From: the human T2T-CHM13v2.0 reference genome, Homo sapiens
Length of the DNA: 64,000 bases
Direction: 5' to 3' (one strand)
Assembly (NCBI RefSeq): GCF_009914755.1
Contig: NC_060942.1
Positions 26,887-39,188 of this stretch are shown here, one piece after another. The position numbers were made by a program, and so were the translations under genes. How positions within the stretch are numbered: the first letter of the stretch is position 1; each line of letters starts with the position of its first letter. The notes under the pieces are model-generated. The model was not told where the DNA came from, did not search any database, and saw only the letters and a list, made by a program, of their open reading frames with translations.

Positions 26887-28292
26887 AAATAGACCTGAAT
26901 ATTTGGCACTTGACAGCACGATGGGATGTTTAATATATGTTATGCTTCAGGAAGTACATAAAGTAGTAAGTTTTCTCTTGGCCTCTACTCTTATGGGTAT
27001 TTCAATTTATTGTAAATATCAGAAACACTTTGGAATCCCATGTAAATACTTAAATTCAATCCTACCTTTCTCTTTCTGTCAGTGTGTGGGCAGCCATTTT
27101 GAAAATGAATTATGCCTAAAATTTGCTAATATCAACACAGAATTTTAGTGGTGAAAAACATGAAGTCATTTAAATAAGAAAGACAATACTGTAGGCAGGG
27201 AAGGAGAGAAAGGTTTCAGTTAGGATCATGCACAATTGTAGAGAAAGAATTATTTTCTAAGAAGCCTAATTTTCAAGGTGGGCCTCCTGGCAGGTCTCAG
27301 GCCGAATCCAGCCCACAGATATGCTTCAGTGACAATATACTTTTTGTTTTATTTTTTAAATTGGATGTGCATACTTTAATGAGAAACTTATCCTCTTCAG
27401 TTTATCACAGGCCACACCGTTTATGGTGTTTATTTTTTGAGAGACACATTTATATCACCTAGCCGACCCCTGTGGGGAAATGTCTCTTCCCCACAAATCT
27501 ATTCAGGAGTGGAAGTGTACTGTGAAATCTGAAGGGAGTTCAGGGCAATGCAGAAAATCCAAGTCTAGGACAAAGATTCTCCAAGTTCCTGTCCCTGGTT
27601 GTCTCTAATAGAGTCAATTAGGGTTAAACTCCTTGAGCTTTAGTTTCTTCTCCTGATACACAGCACGTACTTGATACAGATTTAGGGTTGGGTTACTATT
27701 TCATCTGGCAAAATGAAGGTCTGGGACCTGCCTGGGTTATACGACTCACTCTTCATTTGCGAAAACACATGTGCTTCCTAAGTAGGTCCAGTGATATTAC
27801 CACTTAGATGACAAGAATTTTTCATAAATCAATAGGACAAACTATTAAGAGTTCTACTTGAGGTCATTGCTATAGGGCTAATTTAAACTGCACCTATATA
27901 CTTCAATTAGAGATAGTCATTTAATTTGGGGTAACCAAGTTTCTTTTTAAATTGAATTGCTCTAATTAGTGGAAACAGATTAAATGTACCCATTACTTTA
28001 ATCAAAGTCCAACTAAGAACAATTTTTTCTTATTTTGAATATCTCAGTGCATTTTAAATAAACGAAATGTTGCATTAGTTAACATGAAAGTTGCAACTGG
28101 AAAAGGTGCTGTGAAGCCATCCAGTCTATTCATCTTCACAGCAATCTATTTCAAAAGTGCTTATCTCTGCTGCTATTATTACAATCGCAGAACATGACAG
28201 CACACTGCAGATCAGAGATAAAACCCAAGGCTTCAGAGGCAGCTGGAAATAACACGGCTTATAGTGTCGTGGACTCTATCCACCTTCCCCTC

Positions 28293-28350
28293 GCCAGCTC
28301 TAGAAACCATTGTGAGCAGACAGCCAGCTCTAGAAACCATTGTGAGCAGA
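28293..28350. repeat. Perfect 28-bp direct repeat (30-bp period)
   Basis: GCCAGCTCTAGAAACCATTGTGAGCAGA at 28293-28320 and 28323-28350. Confidence 0.97.
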
Positions 28351-28599
28351 GAAAATGATGTATGCTTTGGGTTTCTGTTACTACTCTTTCTGTACTTCCT
28401 CTTAGTGCTCCCTTTCAGCACTGGTTCCCTTCTTCCCAGTGATCCAAGACATGCATATTTCCTTTTCATCAGAATCCATACACTTCCAGTTCCTTAATAT
28501 CAGCATTATAAGTATCAAAGGTTTTGTTTTGAATGCTACATGCTTTAAAAATTGTTCATACTGGATATTTTCCATTTGGCTTTCTTACCTACTCTCTAA

Positions 28600-29447
28600 C
28601 TTTCACCTTTGCTCTCTGTCAAGGGCTTCTCTGCCTGCTGTTTTCCATTTGGCTTTGACCGATGGGAGGCACCAGCATAAGATCAGAGGATAGGAGAAAG
28701 GTGAGGTTGAGGTTTTCCTCCCACTCTTTTCCTGCAAGGCTATCACTTGGCAGTAGTTACAGCTACGGTCTGAATGTTCTTCCAAATTCAGGTGTTGAAA
28801 CTTAATCTCCATTGTGGCGGTATTAAGAGGTGGGCTTTGGGGAAGTGATTAGGTCACGGGAAATCTGCTATTATGAATGGAAGAATGCCTTATGAAAGGG
28901 ATGGAGGAAATTAGCTTAGGCCCTATTTTGCTCTTCTAACTTCTGCTACGTAGGGATACCATATTTGCCCCTTCTGCCATGTGAGGACACCTAGACAGCA
29001 TCATCTATGAGGAACAGAAACCAGAAACCAAATGCTGATGGCTTAACCTTGGACTCCCTGTCATCCAGAACTGTGACAAATAATATTTCTTTTATTTACT
29101 AATTACCCAGTCTGTGGCATTTTGTTTTAGCACAAACAGACTAGGACAGTTACATTCTTGTTCTGAAGGCCACAACTTCTATTCTGCAGTCTGTCTGTCT
29201 CTCGCTTTCTTTCTCTATCCATTTCTAACTCTCTCTCTTGACCAGACTGATAACTGCTCTCCCTACCCAGATCTCCAGGTCTAAGGGTAATGTGGCTTCC
29301 CCTGTTGTTAGTCCTGTGATGGTCAACACTTTGCTGGTTATCCTTAACCCATTACACCTTTGTTAATTATCTCTTCATTAAACCAATTCCACTTTGACTA
29401 CCCTTTAAAGGGTGGCATATCCTTCCTGCTGGAATGCTGACTGATAC
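28600..29447 (+). mobile_element. LTR33-like ERVL LTR, split by an MST LTR
   Basis: TTTGACCGATGGGAGGCACCAGCA.AAGATCAGAGG on the left; TTCATTAAAC..TTCCTGCTGG..CTGACTGATACA 3' end on the right. Confidence 0.6.
28761..29148 (+). mobile_element. MaLR solo LTR (MSTC/MSTD-like)
   Basis: GCTACGGTCTGAATGT..TGTTGAAACTTAATC..TTCTGCCATGTGAGGACAC..CCAGAACTGTGA..ACAGACTAGGACA; perfect 5-bp TSD GTTAC (28756-60 and 29149-53). Confidence 0.9.
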
Positions 29448-29519
29448 ATTTCCCATCTCTTAATTTCCATTTCTTAATTCATGTCTCTGAACTTGAATAG
29501 GAAGAAGAGTCTTGCTTGT

Positions 29520-29815
29520 AGGACTCATTTAATACCACAGGTTTTTGTCCTTATTTTATTCAGATCTCTGCTCCATTGTCACCCACCTAGAACAGGCTTC
29601 CCTGACTACCATATATATAGTAACATCCCTCATCAGTACTTGTCTGCCCACCCTGCAGTGATTTCTTTATAGCACTTACCACCAAAGTTCAGCAACCATT
29701 TTTCCCAATAGAGTCTATGCCATATGAAGGTAAGTTTCCTGTCTGCTGAGTGTTCATGGTAGTTCATCCTTAGTGTCTAGGACTGTTTCCAGAATATATT
29801 AGATTTCGTTAAGAA
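29520..29815 (+). mobile_element. L2 3' fragment
   Basis: TTATTCAGATCTCTGCTC..TTCCCTGACTACC..TTCTTTATAGCACTTACCACC..TAGTGTCTAGGAC. Confidence 0.65.
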
Positions 29816-30253
29816 CTTTTTTTGTTTTCTCTTTTCCAAAATAATATTTATCCCCTTGTAAATTGAACTTTTGAAGAGCAGCTCCACTTGGGCGATGTTT
29901 GCTCTGAGAATCATAAACCAGCTGAGGCTGCACTGTGCTCAGTAGCTCCTGGCTATGCTGGGTAAAGGCCAGGTTTCCAAAACCCTGAGCTCCATGACTT
30001 TCACATGCATAAGACCAGACCTGGTGCTGCCATTTCTTATAAACGTTAAAACTTTAGACTCCACAGTTCCTGTGCAAAATTTGGGTTTTCTATTATTTTA
30101 CTTTAGAATTGATTTTCTTCAAGATGAATATGAGTATAAAGTAGGAAAGAAAAAAATGTATTTCAAATAACTTTAGAGCCTAGAGTGGGAATTGGAGGTG
30201 TTTCACACATTGTCACATTTACTGTGATTGACTTACTCTCCTTCTCTCCCCAG

Positions 30254-30514
30254 ATGTGCTTACACTTTCTTTGATTGTATGGCCAGAGCTACCTATGGCT
30301 TCATACTCTCCTCCACTGAACCTGACTCCTCTCCGACCTCGTCCCGCCTGGCCCCATCTGTCGTCCCCTGCTCTTCTATTCTTCCTGTGCCCGTCATGAA
30401 CTGTGTGAGGCTAATGGTTGGTCTCTTTTCATTTCCTTCTGCCTTTTTCTTTTATTTTCTACACGGTCAGAGAAAGGACAGTAAAATCTGTAATCTGAGA
30501 ACAACATCCTCAAG
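30254..30514 (+). other. Candidate non-coding exon (261 nt)
   Basis: Acceptor TTGACTTACTCTCCTTCTCTCCCCAG| and near-consensus donor AAG|GTAAGG in unique sequence; no recognisable protein; no transcript evidence. Confidence 0.3.
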
Positions 30515-31039
30515 GTAAGGCAGGGATGCATCTGGATAATAGCCCTGTGAGTGACCAGAGGCAGTGTCTGTGTATTTATAAGAGCCCCGTGTATTTTTAA
30601 CCAGCAGGCATCAAGGTCTATAACCACATTTTTCTGGGGGCCGTACTCAGCCCCGTGCTGGCCACACTAAAAAGCTCATAAATAACTTGGATCACAGGAA
30701 ATTGGAAAATGATGACTACACAAATACAAGGAGAATTTTTATGTTTTCCAAATATCAGACAGCATTGACAGTTAGTTTCTCCTTGGCCATAAGTCACCAT
30801 TCCTCAGACAGCTGTTAGAACTTGGTGATGGGGTAAGAGAAGTCAGATTTGGGGAAGGGCAAGACTCATAGCCTGGACCGAAGTTGTGCAATTTCCTTTT
30901 GCCTCTCCTATACCACATTTCTAACACTCTTATATGCCAGCAATGTACGAATTTTCTCCTTGTATTTGTCTAGCCGGTGATCAGGTGAATTCAAAGTATG
31001 ATGTAAATGACTAATGCACTGAGTAAGCACACAAAGGAT

Positions 31040-31143
31040 TCGTACTCCAAACCTCAGCATCACACAATATACCCATGTAACAAACCTGCACACATTTCCC
31101 CTGGATCCTAAACATAAGTTGAAATTATAAAAAATAAATAAAA
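31040..31143 (+). mobile_element. Short 5'-truncated L1 3' end (L1PA15/16-like)
   Basis: CCAAACCTCAGCATCACACAATATACCCATGTAACAAACCTGCACA..AAGTTGAAATT followed by an A-rich tail. Confidence 0.85.
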
Positions 31144-32717
31144 GTGAGCCTAGTAAAACAGACACATCGCTAATGCATATTTAAGGCAAGTAGAAGAAAC
31201 ACTGTATATACTTTTATGAAAAGGGGAGTTTTCTTGTGTGAGAGAGCATTTGACAACATGAAGGGAGGTACCTATTTTCTTTCATATGAAACCTGATTTG
31301 TGTTGCTGGGTGAAACAATACCCTGATGATTGTGAAGGAAATCATGAATGGTCCTAATAGATGAAAGTTTTGATTGGTGATTAATGAAAGGAGCAATATT
31401 TTTATTTTTAAAAATCAGTCATTTTGAAAACAGATCAATAGATACACACTCTTGAGCATCTGAACTGGACCATGATTTCTTACCCCCCCCCCCCCCATGT
31501 CCCATCTCCCATGCTTATTCTGTCATTACAGAGTACAGAGTGCAAACACTTTGACCAATGGCTAGAAATAACAGAACAATTTTATCACCTCGGTACAAAT
31601 ATTTTTAAAATAACGTTAAGGCAGACCTTTAAATAGAGATTCTTTTTCTTACAGGTTTATAGGAATTGTATGTGTGTTAAAAATATTAAACTGTTTCTCA
31701 TCTGTATCTTTCCTAATCTGTTGTTTGAGTTTTGCTGTCATGTATAGTATATTTTCATATAAAAATAGTTTTTTATATTCTATTATGTTTTTCTTCCTCC
31801 TTGTAGTTCCAGGGATCCCCTTCTACATCAACAATGGCTTTAATTGATCTCGATATTACTTTTATAATGACTGTTTCATTAACATTTTCGATTATTCCAA
31901 TTTTTAAGTATTTCTAAGAGGCTTTTCTTTGCTGTTTTGTAGTGTTTACCTCTTTTGGTAGCCCTTACCGGACCAAATGTATGCTGAGAATGAATGAATT
32001 ATTAAACAAATCAATGTATACACGAATGACAGCATGGTAGACATCAACATAGATGTTTGATGTGTAAACTAAAATTAGGACACTGGAATTTATTTGTGAC
32101 CATTTTAAACATACTTAGTTCAAAGCTTGATAGTTGCCTTTATTAAGAACACTATACTTTCTTTGTTTCAAAAGAAAATCTAAAAGCAAGGATTAACCTC
32201 AGTCACAATGATTTTTTTTAAATTTTTAAACAAAATGGGTTCAGTGATGTGTGACTAAGTCTGAACGATATTTTCAGGATTAAAAATATTCATTAATAAT
32301 TGGAAATGGGCTTTCTTGCATAAAAATGAATTAATGCCCCTTCCTGAGATGCAGAGCCTGCCTTCAGTAACATGCCTCAGTGCATTTGTTTATAGGCCAA
32401 TGCTGTTCAAAGCTATGCCTTCCAAGTCCCCACATTCTCAAATCACATTGAAAACTGGAAACTATCTTTAGTTTAGAGATGAAATTAAAAAAATAAATTA
32501 ACCTCAGACATGGATCCACTAGTAAACTTAAACGTGGACAGACAGATTATAATTCCATGATCACACACCAAAAAAGCCCTGAATTTGTAGCCATATAGGC
32601 TTTTTAAGGTGTTTGGAATTCCATCACTGAAACCCAATACTTCTGGGTTCGAGAATTGAAATCCTTTAAAATTCCCTTGGGAAGTGTTACATATTAAACC
32701 ATAATCGTTTAATAAAA

Positions 32718-32935
32718 ATAATGATGGCAGCTAACATTTATTGAGGGCTTAAGATGTGCCAGAAACTCTTCTAAGCATTCATGTTATCTCCTTTAATCCT
32801 TACAATAACCCAATGAGGTAGGTATTACTCTCATCCTATTTCACAGATAAGGTAATAGGGATTTCATCCTTGCTGCTAAGTGACTTCCCAATGTCACAGA
32901 TGATGTGGGATGGAGAGAGAACTCCACCCTGACAT
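32718..32935 (-). mobile_element. MIR SINE
   Basis: GCAGCTAACATTTATTGAG..ATGTGCCAG..TTTAATCCTTACAATAACCCAATGAGGTAGGTATTA..TTTCACAGATAAGG. Confidence 0.8.
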
Positions 32936-35900
32936 CTTACTTACTTATATACCTATGTTGGTATAACAAATAGGTCACACAAAATATAGTGGGCAAATAT
33001 AGTGGCACTCTTACTCTGTTCTTGCCAACTAATATGGGTCAATTGTAGGTGCGAGGGCTGAAGAGAGGGCATGCCAGTAGAGCCCGGCTAAAAGACTCTG
33101 GGCATTTCCAGGGCCAGAAATGGGACAAGGTGAGTGGGGGAGGATACCAAACGTTTCACAGTCTGCAGAATTTTATTTCCACACAGCCTTACTGGTTCCA
33201 ACAGAATTTTTGGATTGTGTAACTTATCTCCTGCAGTCTGCTGCACACATGATTCCCCCACTCCTTAAACACAGGATTTCTTCTGGAGCATTCCACACTT
33301 TCCTTATCTCTGTGTTTCCTCTGTTATTTGGGTTGTGGAGCCCCACATCAGATTCTTTATTGCCTAGAGAGTGGGTTAGGGCTACTCTGTAGGCAACTCA
33401 CAGCACAGGCAAAGAGATGGCATTTATTGTCTATTAAAATATAAGCAATATTAGACCTCAGTATCCACTATAAGGCTGGAATGCAGCTAAGTGGATATAG
33501 CTCTTTCAGCCTCAGAAGATATAGAAAAATAGCTAAAAAAGACATCTGGAGGATAAAAATCTGATGAAGGTAATTTTCATAGCATTTTCTCCTTTTGTCT
33601 CTCTTCCTTGTCCTCTTTATGGATAAAGGGGATCATGAGGTTTCTTTTCATCTATATGGTCATGTTGGAAGGATGGAGGATACGAATCTACCAGGCTGAG
33701 GCTGGCTTCTCTTCCCCATCTCTGTTGGACCTGTGCTGATATGCAAGACCCACAGATTTGTCCCAGATCCCAGCTGGTATTCTTTAACAGTATACAGTTC
33801 ATGGTCAGGCAAGCCAGGACTTGACACCAAGATTCACATGTTAAATGTCAATTTTTTTCATATATGTGTGGTGGGGGCTGGTGTGGGGCAGAAATGCTTA
33901 GATTTTCCATGGGCTTGACCAATATATAGTAGGAAATGTGGACAGGACTAGGTGGACATCCCGAGAAATTTCCTGATGGAGCAAAAGGAATAGTTCATAA
34001 CAGATTGCCAGAGGGAGAGAAAAAGGAGGAGGTGGTGTTGTATAGAAGGAAGCCAGTGACCTCAGTGGAGTATAGAAGCTGAGCATAAGGAAACTTTGGG
34101 TATTCAAACTCTCTCATCAAGGGACCAATCCAACACAGAAATATGATTGAGACTGCGTCATGTAACCTAGGCTCCTGTCTCATCCTCTATTACTTAGTAG
34201 AGTTTATGGAAGAGGTGCCCCAATTTTTTACTGTTTTCACAAAGAAACAGAAGCCTGAGATGGCTCATTAAAATAGTTCAGAGCTTTAGGGGCCCTAAAC
34301 ACCTCCCATAAAATGACAATTGGACGGTTTAAGGGTAAACGAATCTGCAATGTATAGATTATATCACCCTTAATGAAGATGTGAGTTTACAGAAGTTCAC
34401 TGGGCAGTGATGTTTTGGGTCCTCCCCAAGCCCTGGACACTGAAAGATTAATCACAATATTTAGAAATAAAAACCTATCTGGGTGTCTGTGGCAGCCACG
34501 CAAAGTACTTCTTTTGTTTAGTGGGTTTTGGATGGGAAGACTGGAGTCTGTTTATTATATTTTGCTATTTGCCACATCTATCCAATGACCCAAATGCTCC
34601 ATTTCATGCAGTTTATCTTGGACCAAATGCAGTTAACTATCTGAGAATGACTTCTTCTGATTTTTCCACAGTTTCCAATTGAAGCTGTAATAGCTCCTTA
34701 TTCCATCTCCCTGAGCAGGTACTGTGAGAAATCACCGTGCTTCACTGTGGGAGAGGCAACAGAGGGACGGGCCGAAGCAGTGATTTTGGAAGCTTCTATC
34801 AGTGAAAAGAGATGATAAAAATAAGCAGTTATGGGAAGTGGCATAAAGTGCATTTAAAAGAAACAGTGGTCATTGCAATTCAATAGCCAAACCCACAGAA
34901 AAAAAGGAGAATAACAAAAAGCTTATCCTTGGTGTTCAGAGAGTTTGTTTATGGGTTTATGGTTTTGTAGATGGCAGCTCCCTTAGAGCATTCCAACTCA
35001 CAGCAAAGCCAGAATTCAGGAATATGTGTGTGCTGGGGGTTACAGTAAAGGGACTGGCTTTCATTTTAGGAAAATGAAATTACCTGTCCTAATATAAAGG
35101 AAGGTTTTTATGATTCCCATTTTGAGTGGATCTAATACCACATCAGGACATACATGAAATGCAACTAACTAAATACATAAAAACAGAGGGTCAGCAAGTT
35201 TTTTTTTTAAGAGGACTTTATGGTCTTAAAAACAATTGCAAGACCACAGGACTCAAGAAGAATAAACTTAGGACCAAGCTGCAGTATGAGCAAAGTAATA
35301 TATAATACCAACAATTTGAGATGGTTCCCTATAGAAAATTCAAGAAAAGTGGCACTGTTGGTTACTGCCTCTTCCACGAGGGATTATTCATTATTAGTGT
35401 CCACCCACACAGGGATAGACAGGATGGGGTGGGGAACTGGACCTCCCGGCATAATACTTGATCTAAGCAATTACTTGATACCCAGCGTCAGCCGTGGAAG
35501 CTATTTTTCCCAAGGCTTCCAAAACTCCCCTTTTTGTCATTTGTGTCACAAAGGCAGTGAGGTCCTACAGTAAAAGATCTATTTGCCTCTCCTCTTCTTT
35601 CCTCTCATGTGTCAGCCACGTGGCCCTCAGTGGTCAGCTTGAACTCTTACAGATTAGGATTTCACCCCTAGAAGGACTCTATTGTTCATTTACAGATGCG
35701 ACTGTCTTCCCACTCCGACTCTTGGTGACTTTAGAATGCAGAAGGTGTAGGTAGCTTCATGGATTCTTTTCTCTTGTGCATACTGGCAGGGTTGTGTATG
35801 GTTATTGCAAGAGTAGATGAGTCCTAAGACATGATTTCAGCTGTATACATAGTTTATTTTTCTTTTTACCTCAAACTATTTTATTACCATGGACCCTCCC

Positions 35901-37269
35901 AGTAGTTCTGATGCTCCTAAAATGTTTGTGGAGAGAAAAAGGTGTTTGTGGATAAATTTTTAAAATAATAGGTCTCTTTGGTAATTCTATGCATTTTGGC
36001 TCAGGTGCTTTAAAGCATTATTTTTGAGAAAAGGTCACAGACTGCCAGAGAAGTGGACCTTCAGATTCCAGCGAGACCTTTCTGGTCTGGGACCTCCTGT
36101 ACAAGCTCTTCTAGGGAAGCTGCTGCATGCATGAGGCCATGCATTCAGATATACGGGACCCTTGTTTTGAATCTCAGTGAAGTTGGCGAATTATTTTTAT
36201 CCTCAGTGCAGAAAGTATTACAGTGCATAAGCCTGTTGGCCTCGTTCTTCAGAACATCCAGGAATCAGTTGTAATTCTGTTAAGCAGCAACTTCCTAGAG
36301 GTAAAATGGGGTTTGTCATTGCTTAACATCTCTGACTGCAAGAGACGAGGCTCTCTAATGCTTTCTGGTGGTAGATCCTTCCATGATTGTGAGCCCTAGT
36401 CTCCTTGTGGAACCAACTGCATATGTGGAGGGAAGCTGGATGTGTGTCAAGTTCATCTGTTTTACAGGAGAACAGCAGATCCAAGTTAGGGTCTGAGCCT
36501 GGGGTGAAGGTTTTCAAATAAGCATCAAAAACTCTGCCAAGGTTTTGCCAACTGTCCCTCAGCCTACATTGTTCATTCTGCCACATGAAGTATGGCTACT
36601 GCCTATCCAGGTCCCCACAAACCGGGTGACAGAGACAAAGGCCTCGGGAAACAGGGCCGGGATGTATCCAAATCCCTTTCTACTCTCTCCGGACACCAGG
36701 GCTCAGATATTCTTTATCACCTCCTCAGGCCATTTTCTTCTCCAGTTCTTTGGCTGGCTGAGTTGTTGTGAGGTCTGCACAGCTCGACTGTGTTTTGGCC
36801 TCTAGGGCTCTCTGTATTGTTGTGCATTCCCCTCAGCCCCAAGCCATACATTGGAACTCAACAAGCAGATAACAACCAGAGAGGAAAAGTTCCACTTGGT
36901 GGTTCTTACCATGATACAAACTCCCAAACGCCATTACCTCTGAGGTGCAGGGGCTCACTCTAACCTTTAATTGGGTTGAGGGTTCAAAATCCCTCATATA
37001 ATTTCCTGTTCACAAATATTTTTACAAATCTCAGAGGCAATAGAAATATGTGTTAGATTTTTAGTTGATCCTCAAGTCTCTGTTTTTACTTGTATTATTA
37101 CATAACCCAAATGTGTTTGGAAAGGCTGGGTCGCTAAATAGGAATGGTCCCTGCAGAGATGACATACCATAATACTGCATTTCTGAATCCAGGTAACTGG
37201 AGGTGGGTGAGTTATCTGGGTCATACTTAGAGCTTTTTCAAACTGTACTTGTTGTCCTGATTCTGTCCT

Positions 37270-37510
37270 TTTCCCATGTTTGTGGTGGATTTGTGAGACA
37301 TTGAGAAGGTCAGGTGATAAGCTGAGGGTAGGGAAAAGAGAGAGAGAGATGAGGATGATACTCAGATATCTGACTGGGGAGCTGTATGGAAGACAACATC
37401 ACTAACTAAGATGTAGAAAACTGGTGGAGAAGCCAGCTCCAAGGTATGCTCATAAAGGGTTTGGCTTGTCCACCTGAAGAATGTCCAGGTATATCTGCCT
37501 GCTGGGCAGT
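37270..37510 (-). mobile_element. L2 remnant
   Basis: GAGGATGATACTCAGATATCTGACTGGG..TCACTAACTAAGATG..ATGTCCAGG; highly diverged. Confidence 0.45.
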
Positions 37511-39188
37511 CTGTTTACTTCTTCATGTTTGAGCTGGTATACTCTGTGGGAACAAGTTTCCAATCAACTGGAAACCACTGAAATTTCCATTTCCAGATTC
37601 AGTATGTGCACTTCTGGTTCCATTTCTGCACCTAACTGCTACTATACAACTCCAAGCAATACTGGCTCTCTGGGACAATGACCTTTTTGAAACACACTTC
37701 AAATGATGATTCAACCTGCAAATGATAAAGTGATGAGAATGATGAACAGGTCAAGGCCATGGGCAGAGCTTAGTGTCAGGCCACGGGAGATCTCTCTTCA
37801 GGTTAATGCTGGTGTGTTGATCCCATCCTTCAGCCAGCTACAACTAGAACATATTTATACAAAATAATCTAAGAAGTGTAGCCAAATGCTGAGTTGAAAT
37901 ATAGGCACTGTGTGTTTAGGGCATCCCCCTTTTGACAAACACATCAAGTATCTGTATAAGCAGCCCTATCATAGAACCATATTGAGGGCTGAAAGAAGAA
38001 TCTCATTGTGAAGGCAATGGAGAGGTGTGGATGGGTCTGATGCTGAAATTGAGTGTGATGTTCATTTACCTGCTGCATTGAAAGCAGGAGAAGCAAGGAG
38101 TTCCACGAAATGCCATTGGAGAAGCCAAACACAAGCATGTTGGGACAGAGAACTGACTGGTAGGGAACAGGGAAGTTCATGCCAGGCCCACCAGAAGGTC
38201 ACTGGAAAGTGGAAGTCTGAGCTCCCCAGACTCCTAATCAGTGTCAGTCAAACCATGCCGGGACTGAAACTTTACTACATGACAAACACTGTGTGTACTG
38301 CTGTAGGGAGAAGCTTGTTTTCAGCGCAGACTCAGCCCAGAGGAGGAGAGGGTGGGGCAGTTTTACCTAACTCATGTGTGAGTGCCCACTAAAATATTAT
38401 TAGAGCCTCTCTAGCAGGGAAGGAGTTAACAGAAAGATCCACCAAAGGAGGAGACACTTTCAACAAGGGAGTGGTGCCCAGTTAAGCTTCACTTAAGAGG
38501 GGGTATCTGGTCTGGAGAAATAGCAGAGGAAACATTGTGTTTTCTTAAACTTATTAACTAATTAAATCCTAATAAACTTCTAAGTCCTTTCCCCACTGAC
38601 AAATATTTCAAAAATGATTACGGAAATAGAGTTTACAAAAAGTAAATGAATGGCAGCCAGAGCCCCATGGTTCTGGTCTCACATCTCCTGGATGGGACCT
38701 TGAGTAAGTTACCAAACTTCTTTGTATTCTGGCTTCCTGAGTTGCCAATAGATACATTCGTTCCCCACTATGCCTATGTAAAACGGATGCTAGCAGGATC
38801 CAGGAAGCCATTTCATTGGCAGTATCACACAAAGTGGAAAGTACATATGGTTACAAAATACTAGATCAGACCACTTAGCTGCCTGGAATTTCTGAATTCC
38901 CAATGAATGTACAGCCCAGTTTTAGATTCGTAGGCTCTGAATGTGACTATTTTCTCACCAATTATCCAGCAAAAAATTCTCCCAATAGACCTCTAAAAGC
39001 ATTTTAGTAAGTCCCCTCTCGCTGTCGTCTACTGTCTGCACAAGGCCATCCATGTAGTAGATATTCAAAATACATTCGCTGATGTTACCATAGCCTCATG
39101 GTATCTTGAATTGATAGAAGTCCCTGGATTTTGTGGCAATTTTAAACTACTCTGCCACTCATCAGAGAATTGAAAAGTAGTATGTTTG

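Noticed and set aside
27471-27495. Perfect 9-bp inverted repeat TGTGGGGAA-N7-TTCCCCACA
   Set aside because: A few stems of this size are expected by chance in 64 kb; no supporting context.
31484-31496. Poly-C runs here and at ~51167-51178
   Set aside because: Simple homopolymers; short for a convincing G4 and with no other signal.
37780-38000. Possible ancient CR1/L3 fragment (also ~49200-49680)
   Set aside because: Similarity too faint to support by eye; needs an HMM search.
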